Source: Candidatus Methylomirabilota bacterium (lineage in GTDB: Bacteria; Methylomirabilota; Methylomirabilia; Rokubacteriales; CSP1-6). From it: a DNA stretch of 61,034 bases. The DNA lies in the NCBI GenBank assembly GCA_046727415.1, contig JBKPCO010000112.1, positions 1 to 61,034 of the forward strand, given 5' to 3'. The stretch's first letter is position 1; every line of letters starts with the position of its first letter. The position numbers were made by a program, and so were the translations under genes. Shown here one piece after another: positions 9,879 to 20,214 of the stretch. The notes below the pieces were generated by a model. It was not told the origin of the DNA. It worked only from the letters and a program-made list of their open reading frames with translations, and searched no databases.

Positions 9879-11054
9879 ATGACCTACGACTTCGATCGCC
9901 TGATCGATCGCCGCCACTCCGACAGCTCCAAGTGGCAGAAGTACGGCCCCGACGTCTTGCCGCTCTGGGTGGCGGACATGGACTTCCAGTCGCCCGAGCC
10001 CGTGATCCGCGCCCTGCGCGAACGCGTGGAGCATGGGGTCTACGGCTACATCACGTTCGAGCAACCCGAGTTCCACCAGCTCTTCGCCGACCGGCTGCTC
10101 AAGCGCTACGGCTGGCGTGTCTCGCCGGACGCGGTGGTGATCATCCCCGGTGTCATTCCGGGCTTCAACGTGGCCGGGCGCATCCTTGCGAAGCCGGGTG
10201 ACGGCCTCGTCCTCATGACGCCGGTGTACCCGCCCATCCTCCGCGCCGCCTCCAACATGGATCTCACCCGCGAGGAGGCACCGCTCGCCCGCCGAGCAGA
10301 CGGAAGCTACGAGGTTGACTTCGACGCCTTCAACTCGGTGGTCCGCGACCGCACGCGCTTCTTCCTGCTCTGCAACCCGCACAACCCGGTGGGCCGCGTC
10401 TTCCGGCGTGACGAGCTCTCGCGGCTGGCGGAAGTGTGTCTGCACCGCGGCCTCTCGATCGTCGCCGACGAGATCCATTGCGAGCTGACCTATCCGGGGC
10501 AGCGGCACACGCCGATCGCCTCCCTCGATCCGGAGATCGCCGAGCGCACGATCACGCTCATGGCGCCGAGCAAGACGTTCAACCTGGCGGGTCTCAAGTG
10601 CTCGGTCGCGGTCATCCCGAACGCCGACCTGCGCGCGAAGTTCGTGGCGGCGCGCGTCGACCTCGTGTCGACGGTGAACGTCCTCGGCTTCACCGCGGCC
10701 TATGCGGCGTACCGCGACGGCCAGGCGTGGCTCGACGAGCTGATCCGCTACCTCGAAGCCAACCGCGACTTCACCATGGACTATGTGCGCACGCGCCTGC
10801 CCGGCGTGCGGGCCGCGACGCCCGAGGCGACCTATCTGGCCTGGCTCGACTGCACGAAGGTCGGCGAGGCCGCCGGCGATCCGTTCACGTTCTTCCTGGA
10901 GCGGGCGAAGGTCGCCCTGCACGACGGCGCGCTGTTCGGCCCGGGCGGTGCGGGGTTCGTCCGGCTGAACTTCGGCTGTCCGCGCTCGATCCTGACCGAG
11001 GCGCTCGACCGCATGCGGGCGGCCCTCACGGCCAACCGGCCAGCGCGCGTCTGA
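9879..11054 (+). CDS. MalY/PatB-type PLP-dependent C-S lyase / aminotransferase
   Basis: 391 aa. 'DRRHSDSSKWQKY' and 'LWVADMDF' are typical PatB N-termini. PLP Lys lies in 'APSKTFNLAGLK'. Confidence 0.9.
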   Translation: MTYDFDRLIDRRHSDSSKWQKYGPDVLPLWVADMDFQSPEPVIRALRERVEHGVYGYITFEQPEFHQLFADRLLKRYGWRVSPDAVVIIPGVIPGFNVAGRILAKPGDGLVLMTPVYPPILRAASNMDLTREEAPLARRADGSYEVDFDAFNSVVRDRTRFFLLCNPHNPVGRVFRRDELSRLAEVCLHRGLSIVADEIHCELTYPGQRHTPIASLDPEIAERTITLMAPSKTFNLAGLKCSVAVIPNADLRAKFVAARVDLVSTVNVLGFTAAYAAYRDGQAWLDELIRYLEANRDFTMDYVRTRLPGVRAATPEATYLAWLDCTKVGEAAGDPFTFFLERAKVALHDGALFGPGGAGFVRLNFGCPRSILTEALDRMRAALTANRPARV

Positions 11055-11085
11055 GCTCGGTCGAGGTGGTCGCCACTGGGCATTC

Positions 11086-11913
<828 letters not shown>

Positions 11914-13685
11914 CGCACTCCGGGCGCGCGTCAGCGCCTCCTGCGCCGCCGCCGAAGCCGGGTCCAGCGCGATGGCCCGCTCCAGGTAGACGACCGCCTC
12001 TGCCGGCCGCCCCAGATCGATCAGCATCATCCCCAAGGTCGTCAGGGCCTCGACGTGTCGGGGGCGGTCGTGCACGGCGCGCTCGAGCTCGCGGCTCGCC
12101 TCGACGAGCCGGCCCTGCTGAGCGAGCGCGAGGCCGAGGCGTCGGCGCGTGTCCACATCTGCCGGCTCTTGCTCGAGCACGCGCCTGAACTGCTCGGTCG
12201 CCTCTGCCGGCCGGCCCGCTTTGAGGAGCGCCAGGCCCAGGTTGGCCCGATGATGGGCCCGGTTGGGGCGGAGCGCGACCACGCGCTCGAAGTGAGCGAT
12301 CGCCGCGCCGAGCTCGCCGCGGTTGCCGAGCAGGGCGCCCCATTGCCCATGGCAGAAGGCGCAGTCGGGATCGACGGCGAGGCTGTGCCGCCAGATCTCG
12401 TCAGAGTCCCGCCAGACCGGGAGCTGCTCCCGCGTGAGCGCCGCAAGCCCGCCGAGCCACAGGACGGCGGCGACGACGAGCGCCGCGCGCGCCGCGGGCG
12501 CCGCGCGGATCATGCCGGACGCGACGGCAACGACGCCGCCACCGAGCAGGATCGCCGGCCCGAGGCACGAGAGATAGCTGTAGCGATCGGCGACGAGCTG
12601 CGGACCGTTGTGGACGATCCCGCTCACCGGCGCGATCGTCAACGCGTAGACGACCCACGCGGCGAGCGCGGCCGGCCAGTGCCGGCGCGCCAGGATCAAA
12701 CCAATCGTCAGCGCGACGACGGCGAGCGCGCTCGCCAGAAACCGCGGGGCGAGGGGATCGATCCGCGCCGGAAGCTCGTACATCGGCGAGAGCCCGGCCG
12801 GCACGAGCGTCTTGCCGAGGTAGAAGGCGAGGCTGTGGAGTGCCATGGCCACCCGCGCCGCGGGCGGATAGGCGACGGCGGACGTGAGCCCGAGCGTCGC
12901 GCGCAGGGCCAGGAACGAGACGATCGCCGCGGCAACGCCAAGCGCCAGATACGGGAGCTTCTCCGTCAGGACCTGCCGCCAGGAACCCCGCGCGCGCCGG
13001 AGCGGGTAGACGTCGAGCACCAGCAGGACGAGCGGCAGTGACATGATGACAGACTTCGAGAGCAGACCGAGCGCGTATGCCCCGAGCGAGACGGCGAGCC
13101 AGCGCCGGCGCGGCGTGCCCTCCGTCTCGCAAGCTTTTACGTAGGCGAGCACGGTGATCAGGTAGAAGAGCGTCGACAGGCTGTCGCGGCGCTCCGTGAT
13201 CCACGCGACCGACTCGACGCGCAGAGGATGAAGGGCGAAGAAGAGGGCCGCGACTACCGCGCCGAGCATGATCGCCCCCGTCCCCGCCGCTGGCAGGGCA
13301 CGGCGGAGCAGCCCGCGCGCCAGAGCATAGAGAAGGACCGCGTTGGCCGCATGCAGCAGGACGTTCGTGAGGTGATACCCGAACGGGTTCATTCGCCAGA
13401 CGGCGTAGTCGAGGCCGAACGTGAGCCACGTCACCGGAATCCAGTGACCCATGACCGTGCTGGTGAAGGCCCAGCGCACCTGGGCCCAGCCGAGGCCGCG
13501 GTAGTACGGATTGGTCAGAAAGTTGCGGTCGTCATCCCAGAGGACGAAGCCATAGCCGAGCGCGGGCGCGAAGACCGCGACGGTCAAGAGAGCGATCGCG
13601 AGCGACGCGATCCAGGGGATCGCCGCGATCCGAGAGCTCAGCGAATCGGGGCGCGTGGCGCGAGGTCCTCCACGGATCGTCTTTC

Positions 13686-13714
13686 ACTATAGGCCCCCCT
13701 GCCCGGAGCGCCAA
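13686..13714 (-). promoter_or_regulatory. Candidate sigma-70-type promoter (TTGGCG-17-TATAGT) for the TMTC-like gene
   Basis: Minus strand: -35 TTGGCG (13714..13709), 17-nt spacer, -10 TATAGT (13691..13686). Confidence 0.3.
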
Positions 13715-13742
13715 AGTGAAAGGCACCGCCCGGCCCGCGCCC

Positions 13743-15578
13743 TCAGCGCTTCAACAAATAAGGTACGTCGGCGACCACCGTATTCTTCCGGAAGAGGAGC
13801 GCGCCCTTCACGAGCAGGGCCGTCTGGTTGTGCAGGACGTGCTGCCACCAGTGCCGCGGCAGGAATTCCGGCAGCACGATCGTGAGCATCTGCTCGCCAC
13901 CGCGCGATTGGATCTGGTCGAGATAATCGAGCAGCGGGCGCAGCAGGGACCGATACGGCGAGGTCAGGACGACCAGGGGTACCCCGAGCCCCCACTTGCC
14001 CCACTTGTCCTCGAGGCGGGCGGTGTGGGCGGGATCTGTCTCGACGTAGACGGCGCGCACCACCGCCGTCGGCGCGAGCGTCCGAGCATATTGCACCGCG
14101 CGGACGACGCCGCGATGCACATCGCCGATCAGTACCAGGACGGTGTGCTGGAAGACCGGCGGGGCCTCAAAGCCCTCGAGCGACAGCTCGTGGGCCACCT
14201 CGGCGTAGTGCCGGTGCATCACCATGAACGCAGTGACCAGGACGGGGATGACGACGACGACGATCCAGGCGCCCTCGATGAACTTGGTGACCGCGAGCGT
14301 CAGGAGCACGACGCCGGTCACGAGCGCGCCGATCCCGTTGATCCACACCCGCCAGCGCCAACCCTTCTCGCGCAGGCGCAGCCAGCGACGCACCATGCCC
14401 GACTGCGAGATCGTGAACGAGATGAAGACGCCGATCGCGTAGAGGGGCAGAAGCGCATGCGTGTCGCCCTGGAAGGCGACGATCAGGAGAATCGCGAAGC
14501 CGCTCAGGATCAGGATGCCGTTGGAGAACACGAGGCGATCGCCCTGGTTCGCGAATTGCCGGGGTACGAAGCGGTCGCGGGCCAGGATCGACGAGAGCCG
14601 CGGGAAGTCGGCATACGAGGTGTTGGCCGCGAGCACGAGGATGAGCAGCGTCGAGACCTGGACCGCGTAGTACGGCATCCCGTTGCCCCAAACCCGGCGC
14701 GCGATCTTCGACACGACGGTCTCGTCGCCGCCCGGGACGATCCCGAAGTCGTAGGCGAGATACGTGATACCGAGGAACATCACGATCGAGATGACGCCGA
14801 GTGCGGTCATGACCGCCTGGGCGTTGCGGCCCTCGGGCGGCTTGAGCGCCTGGACTCCGTTGGACACCGCCTCGACGCCCGTGAGCGCCGTGCACCCGGC
14901 GGCGTAGCTTCGCAAGAGCAGGAACAGGCCGAGGCCCTCGAGCCCCGGCGGATGGGGCTGGTACGGCGCCTCGGGCAGCCAGTTGAAGATCGCGCCGACG
15001 AGCCCGTACGCCACCGTGACCAGAATGCAGGTCACGAAGAAGTAGGTCGGCGCCGCGAAGAGCCGGCCCGACTCCCGCACGCCGCGGAGGTTGCCGAGGG
15101 CAATCCCCGCCACCGCCAGGACGCTCATCACGATGCGATAGGGGTGGAGCTCCGGCATCGCCGAGGTCAGCGCCGCGATGCCGGCGACGACGGAGACCGA
15201 CACCGTCAGCACGTAGTCAACCAGCAGGGCCGCGGCGGCGATCAGCGCCGGGTACTGGCCGAGATTGTCCTTCGCAACCAGGTATGCGCCGCCACCCTGC
15301 GGGTAGGCCGCGACCGTCTGGCGGTACGAAACCACCACGACCGCGAGCAGGGCGCCGATGCCGATCGCGACCGGCAGCGAGTAGCTGAGCGCGGCGGCGC
15401 CGCCCAGCATGAGCACCAGCAGGATTTCCTCGGTCGCGTACGCCACCGAGGACAGGGGGTCGGAGGCGAACACCGCGAGGGCGACGGTCTTACTGAGGCG
15501 TTCGTGCCGAGCCTGGGCGAGCGGCATCGGCGCGCCGACGACAAGGCGCTTCACGAGGGCGAGTCGCATGGCGTCCAC
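13743..15578 (-). CDS. APC-superfamily permease with about 190-aa cytoplasmic C-terminal domain (KimA/YdaO-type K+/H+ symporter architecture)
   Basis: 611 aa. APC core ('SYRQTVAAYPQGGGAYLV', 'LLVDYVLTVSVS', 'GCTALTGVEAVSN') followed by a soluble C-domain. It sits in a K+/Mg2+ transporter island. Confidence 0.8.
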   Translation of the reverse strand: MDAMRLALVKRLVVGAPMPLAQARHERLSKTVALAVFASDPLSSVAYATEEILLVLMLGGAAALSYSLPVAIGIGALLAVVVVSYRQTVAAYPQGGGAYLVAKDNLGQYPALIAAAALLVDYVLTVSVSVVAGIAALTSAMPELHPYRIVMSVLAVAGIALGNLRGVRESGRLFAAPTYFFVTCILVTVAYGLVGAIFNWLPEAPYQPHPPGLEGLGLFLLLRSYAAGCTALTGVEAVSNGVQALKPPEGRNAQAVMTALGVISIVMFLGITYLAYDFGIVPGGDETVVSKIARRVWGNGMPYYAVQVSTLLILVLAANTSYADFPRLSSILARDRFVPRQFANQGDRLVFSNGILILSGFAILLIVAFQGDTHALLPLYAIGVFISFTISQSGMVRRWLRLREKGWRWRVWINGIGALVTGVVLLTLAVTKFIEGAWIVVVVIPVLVTAFMVMHRHYAEVAHELSLEGFEAPPVFQHTVLVLIGDVHRGVVRAVQYARTLAPTAVVRAVYVETDPAHTARLEDKWGKWGLGVPLVVLTSPYRSLLRPLLDYLDQIQSRGGEQMLTIVLPEFLPRHWWQHVLHNQTALLVKGALLFRKNTVVADVPYLLKR

Positions 15579-15620
15579 TTCGACTCTAATCCTCTCCGCG
15601 AGCCCGGTATCGCCTCGCCG

Positions 15621-15663
15621 CGATTTTTACGAGTTTTTAACGGAGCCGGCACCGATCTTGACG
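15621..15663 (+). promoter_or_regulatory. T-tract direct-repeat operator plus TTGACG box (copy 2 of the module also found upstream of kdp)
   Basis: CGATTTTTACG AGTTTTTAACG, a 15-nt spacer, then TTGACG. The architecture is the same as minus-strand 22297..22255. Confidence 0.4.
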
Positions 15664-15705
15664 CGCGTTTGAGGCGGCGAGTGGCAGGGTGGAACCGGTG
15701 CCTCG

Positions 15706-16062
15706 ATGTGCGGCGTGAGCGAACGTTCCGGAAGGTCGCGAACGCTTCCCGGCCCGAGGTGGGGCGGCCTCTATGCGCTGGCCGGCCTCATGCTCGCTGC
15801 GCTGGCGGTGGTCGAAATGCTCGTCGCCCCGGGCGCCGAGCTGACGGCGCTCCGGTGCGGGTTCGTCCTGGCCGGCTTCGGCGCGATGGTCGGGTGGACG
15901 CGACGCAACCGCACCGCGCTCGATCACATCGACTGGTGCGAATGCGCCGGCGAGCGCGTGACCATGCGCGTGATCCCGTCTCACCGCCGCGGGCGGGGGC
16001 CAGTCGTCACCGCAGACATGCCCGAGCCCGTCGAGCCCGAGCTGGAGGAAGTCGCGCGTTAG
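15706..16062 (+). CDS. Small 2-TM membrane protein (paralog of 22414..22608) with a Cys-containing C-terminal tail
   Basis: 118 aa. Residues about 19-75 align without gaps at about 39% identity to the 64-aa ORF at 22414. Confidence 0.6.
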   Translation: MCGVSERSGRSRTLPGPRWGGLYALAGLMLAALAVVEMLVAPGAELTALRCGFVLAGFGAMVGWTRRNRTALDHIDWCECAGERVTMRVIPSHRRGRGPVVTADMPEPVEPELEEVAR

Positions 16063-16087
16063 CTCGCGGCCGCCGGCGGTGCCGCGC

Positions 16088-17437
16088 TCAGGTGAGCCAG
16101 TGCAGGAGCGCGGTGGCGAGCGAGAGGAAGATCGTCACGCCCAGAACGTCCTGAAACGCCGTCTCGAACGGCCCCGCGGTGATCGCTGGATCGAAGCCGA
16201 GGCTCTTGGAGAGCATGGGAATCGTCGTCCCGGCGAAGCCCGAGAGGTTCACCGAGATGAACATCGAGAGCGCCACCACGCACGCGAACGCCGCCGAATG
16301 CCACACCCAGCCGACGATCCCGACCGTGAGCGCGCAGATTCCGCCCAGAATGCTGGAGGTCTGGACCTGCCGCCGGAGCGGCTCCCACCATTGGCCGACC
16401 CTCACCTGCCCAGTCGCGAGGCCGCGTACGACCATCGTCACCGACTGCAGGCCGGTGTTGCCGGAGATCGCCTGGATCACCGGCATGAACGAGGCGAGCA
16501 GGATGACCCTGCTCAGCGTCTGATCGAAGTAGTGGATGACCACCCCCGCCAGGAGCTCGATCACGAGCGTCGCCAGCACCCAGGGCAGGCGCAGCAGCGC
16601 GACCTGACGCGGCGAGCGCCGGTCCAGCTCGGCCGCGTCCGAGCCGGCCATGCGGAAGATGTCCTCCGACGCCTCCTCGTGGACGATGTCGACGACGTCG
16701 TCGACGGTGATCGTCCCCACCAGGCGATTGCGCTTGTCGACCACCGGGATCGCTACCAGGTCGTACTTCGCCACGATCCGCGCGACCTCTTCCTGGTCCA
16801 TCTCGGGGGTCACGCTGATGACGTTCTCGTCGCGAATCGCGAAGGCCGGCGTGCTCGGATCGGCGGTGAGCAGGCGCCGCAGCGGCACCGCGCCGACCAG
16901 GTGCTGATGGTCGTCCACGACGAACAGCTCGAAGGCGCGCTCGGTAGAGACCGAATCGCGGATGTGCTTGATCGCCTGCTCGACGGTCGCGTCCGTGCGG
17001 ACGGCCACGAAGTCCGGCGCCATGAGGCGGCCCGCCGAATGCTCGGGATACTCGAGGATCTCCTGGACCTCTTCGGACTTCTCCTCCTGCATGAGGCCGA
17101 GGATCTTTTCGGCCTGCTCGGCGGGCAGCTCCTCGACGACGTCGGCGGCGTGCTCGGCGGGCATCTCGTCGAGGATCTGCGAGACCTCGACCTCGTCCAG
17201 CACCCGCACCAGCTCGAGGAGCGCCTGGTCGTCGAGATGGGGAATGAGATCTCCGGCGCGCTCGCGGGACAGCGCGCGGAGGATCGCGACCTGATCGGCG
17301 AGCGGAAGCTGGCGGAGCACCGCCGCGAGGTCGGCCGGATGCGCCGCATCGAACGTTTCCCGCTCGTGAGCGTCGGCCTTGCCGCGGGCGAAGTTCCGCG
17401 TCGCCTCCAGCAACCGATCCTGGTCTTGATCGCTCAT
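16088..17437 (-). CDS. mgtE: Magnesium transporter MgtE
   Basis: MgtE N-domain, tandem CBS region and C-terminal TM domain ('PMLSKSLGFDPA'). I chose the ATG at 17437 (MSDQDQD...) rather than the ORF-track start at 17545. Confidence 0.9.
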   Translation of the reverse strand: MSDQDQDRLLEATRNFARGKADAHERETFDAAHPADLAAVLRQLPLADQVAILRALSRERAGDLIPHLDDQALLELVRVLDEVEVSQILDEMPAEHAADVVEELPAEQAEKILGLMQEEKSEEVQEILEYPEHSAGRLMAPDFVAVRTDATVEQAIKHIRDSVSTERAFELFVVDDHQHLVGAVPLRRLLTADPSTPAFAIRDENVISVTPEMDQEEVARIVAKYDLVAIPVVDKRNRLVGTITVDDVVDIVHEEASEDIFRMAGSDAAELDRRSPRQVALLRLPWVLATLVIELLAGVVIHYFDQTLSRVILLASFMPVIQAISGNTGLQSVTMVVRGLATGQVRVGQWWEPLRRQVQTSSILGGICALTVGIVGWVWHSAAFACVVALSMFISVNLSGFAGTTIPMLSKSLGFDPAITAGPFETAFQDVLGVTIFLSLATALLHWLT

Positions 17438-17541
17438 GGTCACAGGGTACGCTGTGATCCTAGCCGCGCCCCTGTCATGATATCGCCCCGACTTCCGCGC
17501 CGGTGCCGACTTTGGTCGTGCCGCCCGACTCTCGCCGCCGA

Positions 17542-18117
17542 TCACCGCCCCCGCGCGTCGAGAGCCAGGTTCAGCGCGAGTACGTTCACGCGGGGCTCGC
17601 CGAGAAGGCCGAACAGCCGGCCTTCCGTGTGCCGCGCGACGAGATCTCGCACGACGGCCTCGTCGAGCTTGCGCACGCGGGCCACGCGCCCCGTCTGGTA
17701 AAGCGCTGCCGCCGGGCTGATGTGGGGGTCGAGCCCGCTGCCCGAGGCCGTGACGAGGTCGACCGGCACGGGCGCGGTGTTGCCGGGATCGGCCGCGCGA
17801 AGCGCCTCGACCCGGCCCTGCACGGCTTTGATCAGGTCGGCGTTGGTCGGGCTCAGGTTCGAGGCTCCCGAGGCGCCCGCGTTGTAGCCGAACGGGCTGG
17901 TGGCGGAGGGACGACCCCAGAAATACTTCGGGTCGTCGAACGACTGTCCGATCAGAGCCGAGCCCACGGCCTTGCCATCTTTCACGATCAGGCTGCCGTT
18001 GGCCTGGTGCGGGAACGCGAGCTGGGCGATCATCGTTACGATCGCCGGATAGGCCAGGCCCGTGACGACGGTGAAGAGGGCGAGCGAGACGACCGCGGCA
18101 CGAACGTGCGTCAGCAT
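17542..18117 (-). CDS. kdpC: K+-transporting ATPase subunit C
   Basis: 191 aa with KdpC hallmarks ('[10 protein letters not shown]', 'NLALD'). Confidence 0.95.
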   Translation of the reverse strand: MLTHVRAAVVSLALFTVVTGLAYPAIVTMIAQLAFPHQANGSLIVKDGKAVGSALIGQSFDDPKYFWGRPSATSPFGYNAGASGASNLSPTNADLIKAVQGRVEALRAADPGNTAPVPVDLVTASGSGLDPHISPAAALYQTGRVARVRKLDEAVVRDLVARHTEGRLFGLLGEPRVNVLALNLALDARGR

Positions 18118-18129
18118 GGCGTCAGTCCC

Positions 18130-20202
18130 CTATACGAGGTGAAGGGCGACGAGAATCATGTCGACCAGCTTGATGCCGGGGAACGGGATGAGGATGCCGC
18201 CGACGCCGTAGATCCAGACGTGACGGCGCAGGACGGCCGCGGCGCCGATCGCCCGGTAGCGGACGCCCTTCAGGGCCAGCGGGATCAACGCGACGATGAT
18301 CAGCGCGTTGAAGATGACCGCGGACAGGATCGCGCTCTGGGGCGTCGCCAGCCGCATGATGTTGAGCGTCTCGAGCACCGGATACGTCGTGGCGAACGCC
18401 GCCGGGATGATCGCGAAGTACTTGGCCACGTCGTTGGCGATGCTGAACGTCGTGAGCGCTCCGCGGGTCATCAGCATCTGCTTGCCGGTCTCGACCACCT
18501 CGAGGAGCTTCGTCGGATTCGAGTCGAGGTCGATCATGTTGCCGGCTTCCTTGGCCGCCTGGGTGCCGGTGTTCATGGCGACGGCCACGTCGGCCTGGGC
18601 AAGCGCCGGGGCGTCGTTGGTGCCGTCGCCGGTCATGGCGACCAGCCGTCCCTGAGCCTGCGTGTCACGGATCAGCTTGAGCTTGGCCTCGGGCGTCGCC
18701 TCGGCGAGAAACTCGTCGACGCCGGCCTCCGCCGCGATCGCCGCCGCGGTGAGCGGGTTGTCGCCGGTGATCATCACCGTCTTGATGCCCATGCGGCGCA
18801 GCTCCCCGAACCGGTCGCTGATTCCGCCCTTCACGATGTCCTTGAGCTGGATGACCCCGAGCACGCTGCCGCCGTCGGCGACCACCAGCGGCGTCGCCCC
18901 CTCTTTCGCGACTCTGTCCACCACGCCGCGCACGCCGGCGGAGACAGTGCCGCCGAGTCGCTTGACGTGAGCTTCGATCGCGTCCGCGGCGCCTTTCCGG
19001 ATCTGGCGGCCGTTGAGGTTGACGCCGCTCATTCGCGTCTGCGCCGTGAACGCCACGAAGGTGGCGCCCATCTTCTCGACCTCGCGCTCACGGATGCCGT
19101 ACTTGTCCTTGGCCAGGACGACGATGCTCCGGCCTTCCGGAGTCTCATCGGCCAAGGACGCGAGCTGAGCGGCGTCGGCCAATGCGGCCTCGGTGACGCC
19201 GTCGGTGGGAAAGAAGGCGGTAGCCTGGCGGTTGCCGAGGGTGATCGTGCCGGTCTTGTCGAGGAGCAGCACGTCGACGTCGCCGGCCGCCTCGACGGCG
19301 CGCCCGGACATGGCGATGACGTTCTTCTGGATCATCCGGTCCATGCCCGCGATACCGATCGCCGAGAGCAGTGCTCCAATGGTCGTCGGGATCAGGCACA
19401 CCAGGAGGGCCACCAGGACTGTCACCGTCACCGGCGTCCCCTGCCCGGCCGCGCCCACGCTGTAGAGCGAGAACGGCAGCAGGGTCGCGGTCGCCAGCAG
19501 AAAGATGATGGTCATGGCCGCCAGCAGGATGTCGAGCGCGATTTCGTTCGGCGTCTTCTGCCGCTTGGCGCCCTCGACCAGCGAGATCATGCGGTCGAGG
19601 AACGCCTCGCCGGGGTCGGCGGTGACCTCGACGATGAGCCAGTCCGAGAGCACCTGCGTACCGCCGGTGACCGAACTGCGGTCGCCGCCGCTCTCGCGGA
19701 TGACCGGGGCGCTCTCGCCCGTGATCGCCGACTCGTTCACCGACGCGACACCCTCGACGACAGTTCCGTCGGCCGGGATGAAATCGCCGGCCTCGACCAG
19801 GACGGCTTGCCCCTTGCGGAGGCTCGAGGCCGACACCAGCTCGAATCGAGCATGACGCTCGGGCCGCGCCAGCCGCTTGGCCTGGAGGTCGCGCCGTGCT
19901 CTGCGCAGCGAGGCGGCCTGCGCCTTGCCGCGTCCCTCCGCCATCGCCTCGGCAAAGTTCGCGAAGAGCACAGTGAACCATAGCCAGACGGACACCCAGA
20001 AGATGAACCACCCCGGCGCCTCGCCCTGTCCGACGAGAGCCTGGACCCAGAGCAGGGTCGTCAGGATCGAGCCTACATAGACGACGAACATGACGGGGTT
20101 CCGCACCTGGCGCCGGGGCGTCAGCTTGCGGAAGGCGTCGACGATCGCCTGCCGGACGATCGCTGCGTCGAACAATGAGCGGGCCTTTACCGTGCCAGCC
20201 AT
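18130..20202 (-). CDS. kdpB: K+-transporting P-type ATPase subunit B
   Basis: 690 aa with 'DKTGTIT', 'TGDN' and '[12 protein letters not shown]' P-type motifs. Confidence 0.97.
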   Translation of the reverse strand: MAGTVKARSLFDAAIVRQAIVDAFRKLTPRRQVRNPVMFVVYVGSILTTLLWVQALVGQGEAPGWFIFWVSVWLWFTVLFANFAEAMAEGRGKAQAASLRRARRDLQAKRLARPERHARFELVSASSLRKGQAVLVEAGDFIPADGTVVEGVASVNESAITGESAPVIRESGGDRSSVTGGTQVLSDWLIVEVTADPGEAFLDRMISLVEGAKRQKTPNEIALDILLAAMTIIFLLATATLLPFSLYSVGAAGQGTPVTVTVLVALLVCLIPTTIGALLSAIGIAGMDRMIQKNVIAMSGRAVEAAGDVDVLLLDKTGTITLGNRQATAFFPTDGVTEAALADAAQLASLADETPEGRSIVVLAKDKYGIREREVEKMGATFVAFTAQTRMSGVNLNGRQIRKGAADAIEAHVKRLGGTVSAGVRGVVDRVAKEGATPLVVADGGSVLGVIQLKDIVKGGISDRFGELRRMGIKTVMITGDNPLTAAAIAAEAGVDEFLAEATPEAKLKLIRDTQAQGRLVAMTGDGTNDAPALAQADVAVAMNTGTQAAKEAGNMIDLDSNPTKLLEVVETGKQMLMTRGALTTFSIANDVAKYFAIIPAAFATTYPVLETLNIMRLATPQSAILSAVIFNALIIVALIPLALKGVRYRAIGAAAVLRRHVWIYGVGGILIPFPGIKLVDMILVALHLV

Positions 20203-20214
20203 GGAAATGTCACC

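Noticed and set aside
15647-15662. CGGCACCGATCTTGAC upstream of the 15706 gene resembles a -24/-12 element.
   Set aside because: The -12 reads TTGA rather than TTGC. The same bases form the TTGACG box of the module shared with the kdp promoter, where no -24 GG is present at the right spacing. A sigma-54 reading is therefore less parsimonious. I keep it as ambiguous.
15579-15705. Possible c-di-AMP (ydaO/kimA-type) riboswitch upstream of the KimA-type permease, and likewise upstream of kdpD (22609-22773). Also a possible M-box upstream of mgtE (17438-17541).
   Set aside because: I found none of the conserved ydaO-motif blocks (GGGGACCCA, GGGUGAAUC or CCGAACC...AGCUAACC-type strings). The mgtE spacer (104 nt) is too short for an M-box. 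A covariance-model scan (Rfam RF00379, RF00380) would settle this.
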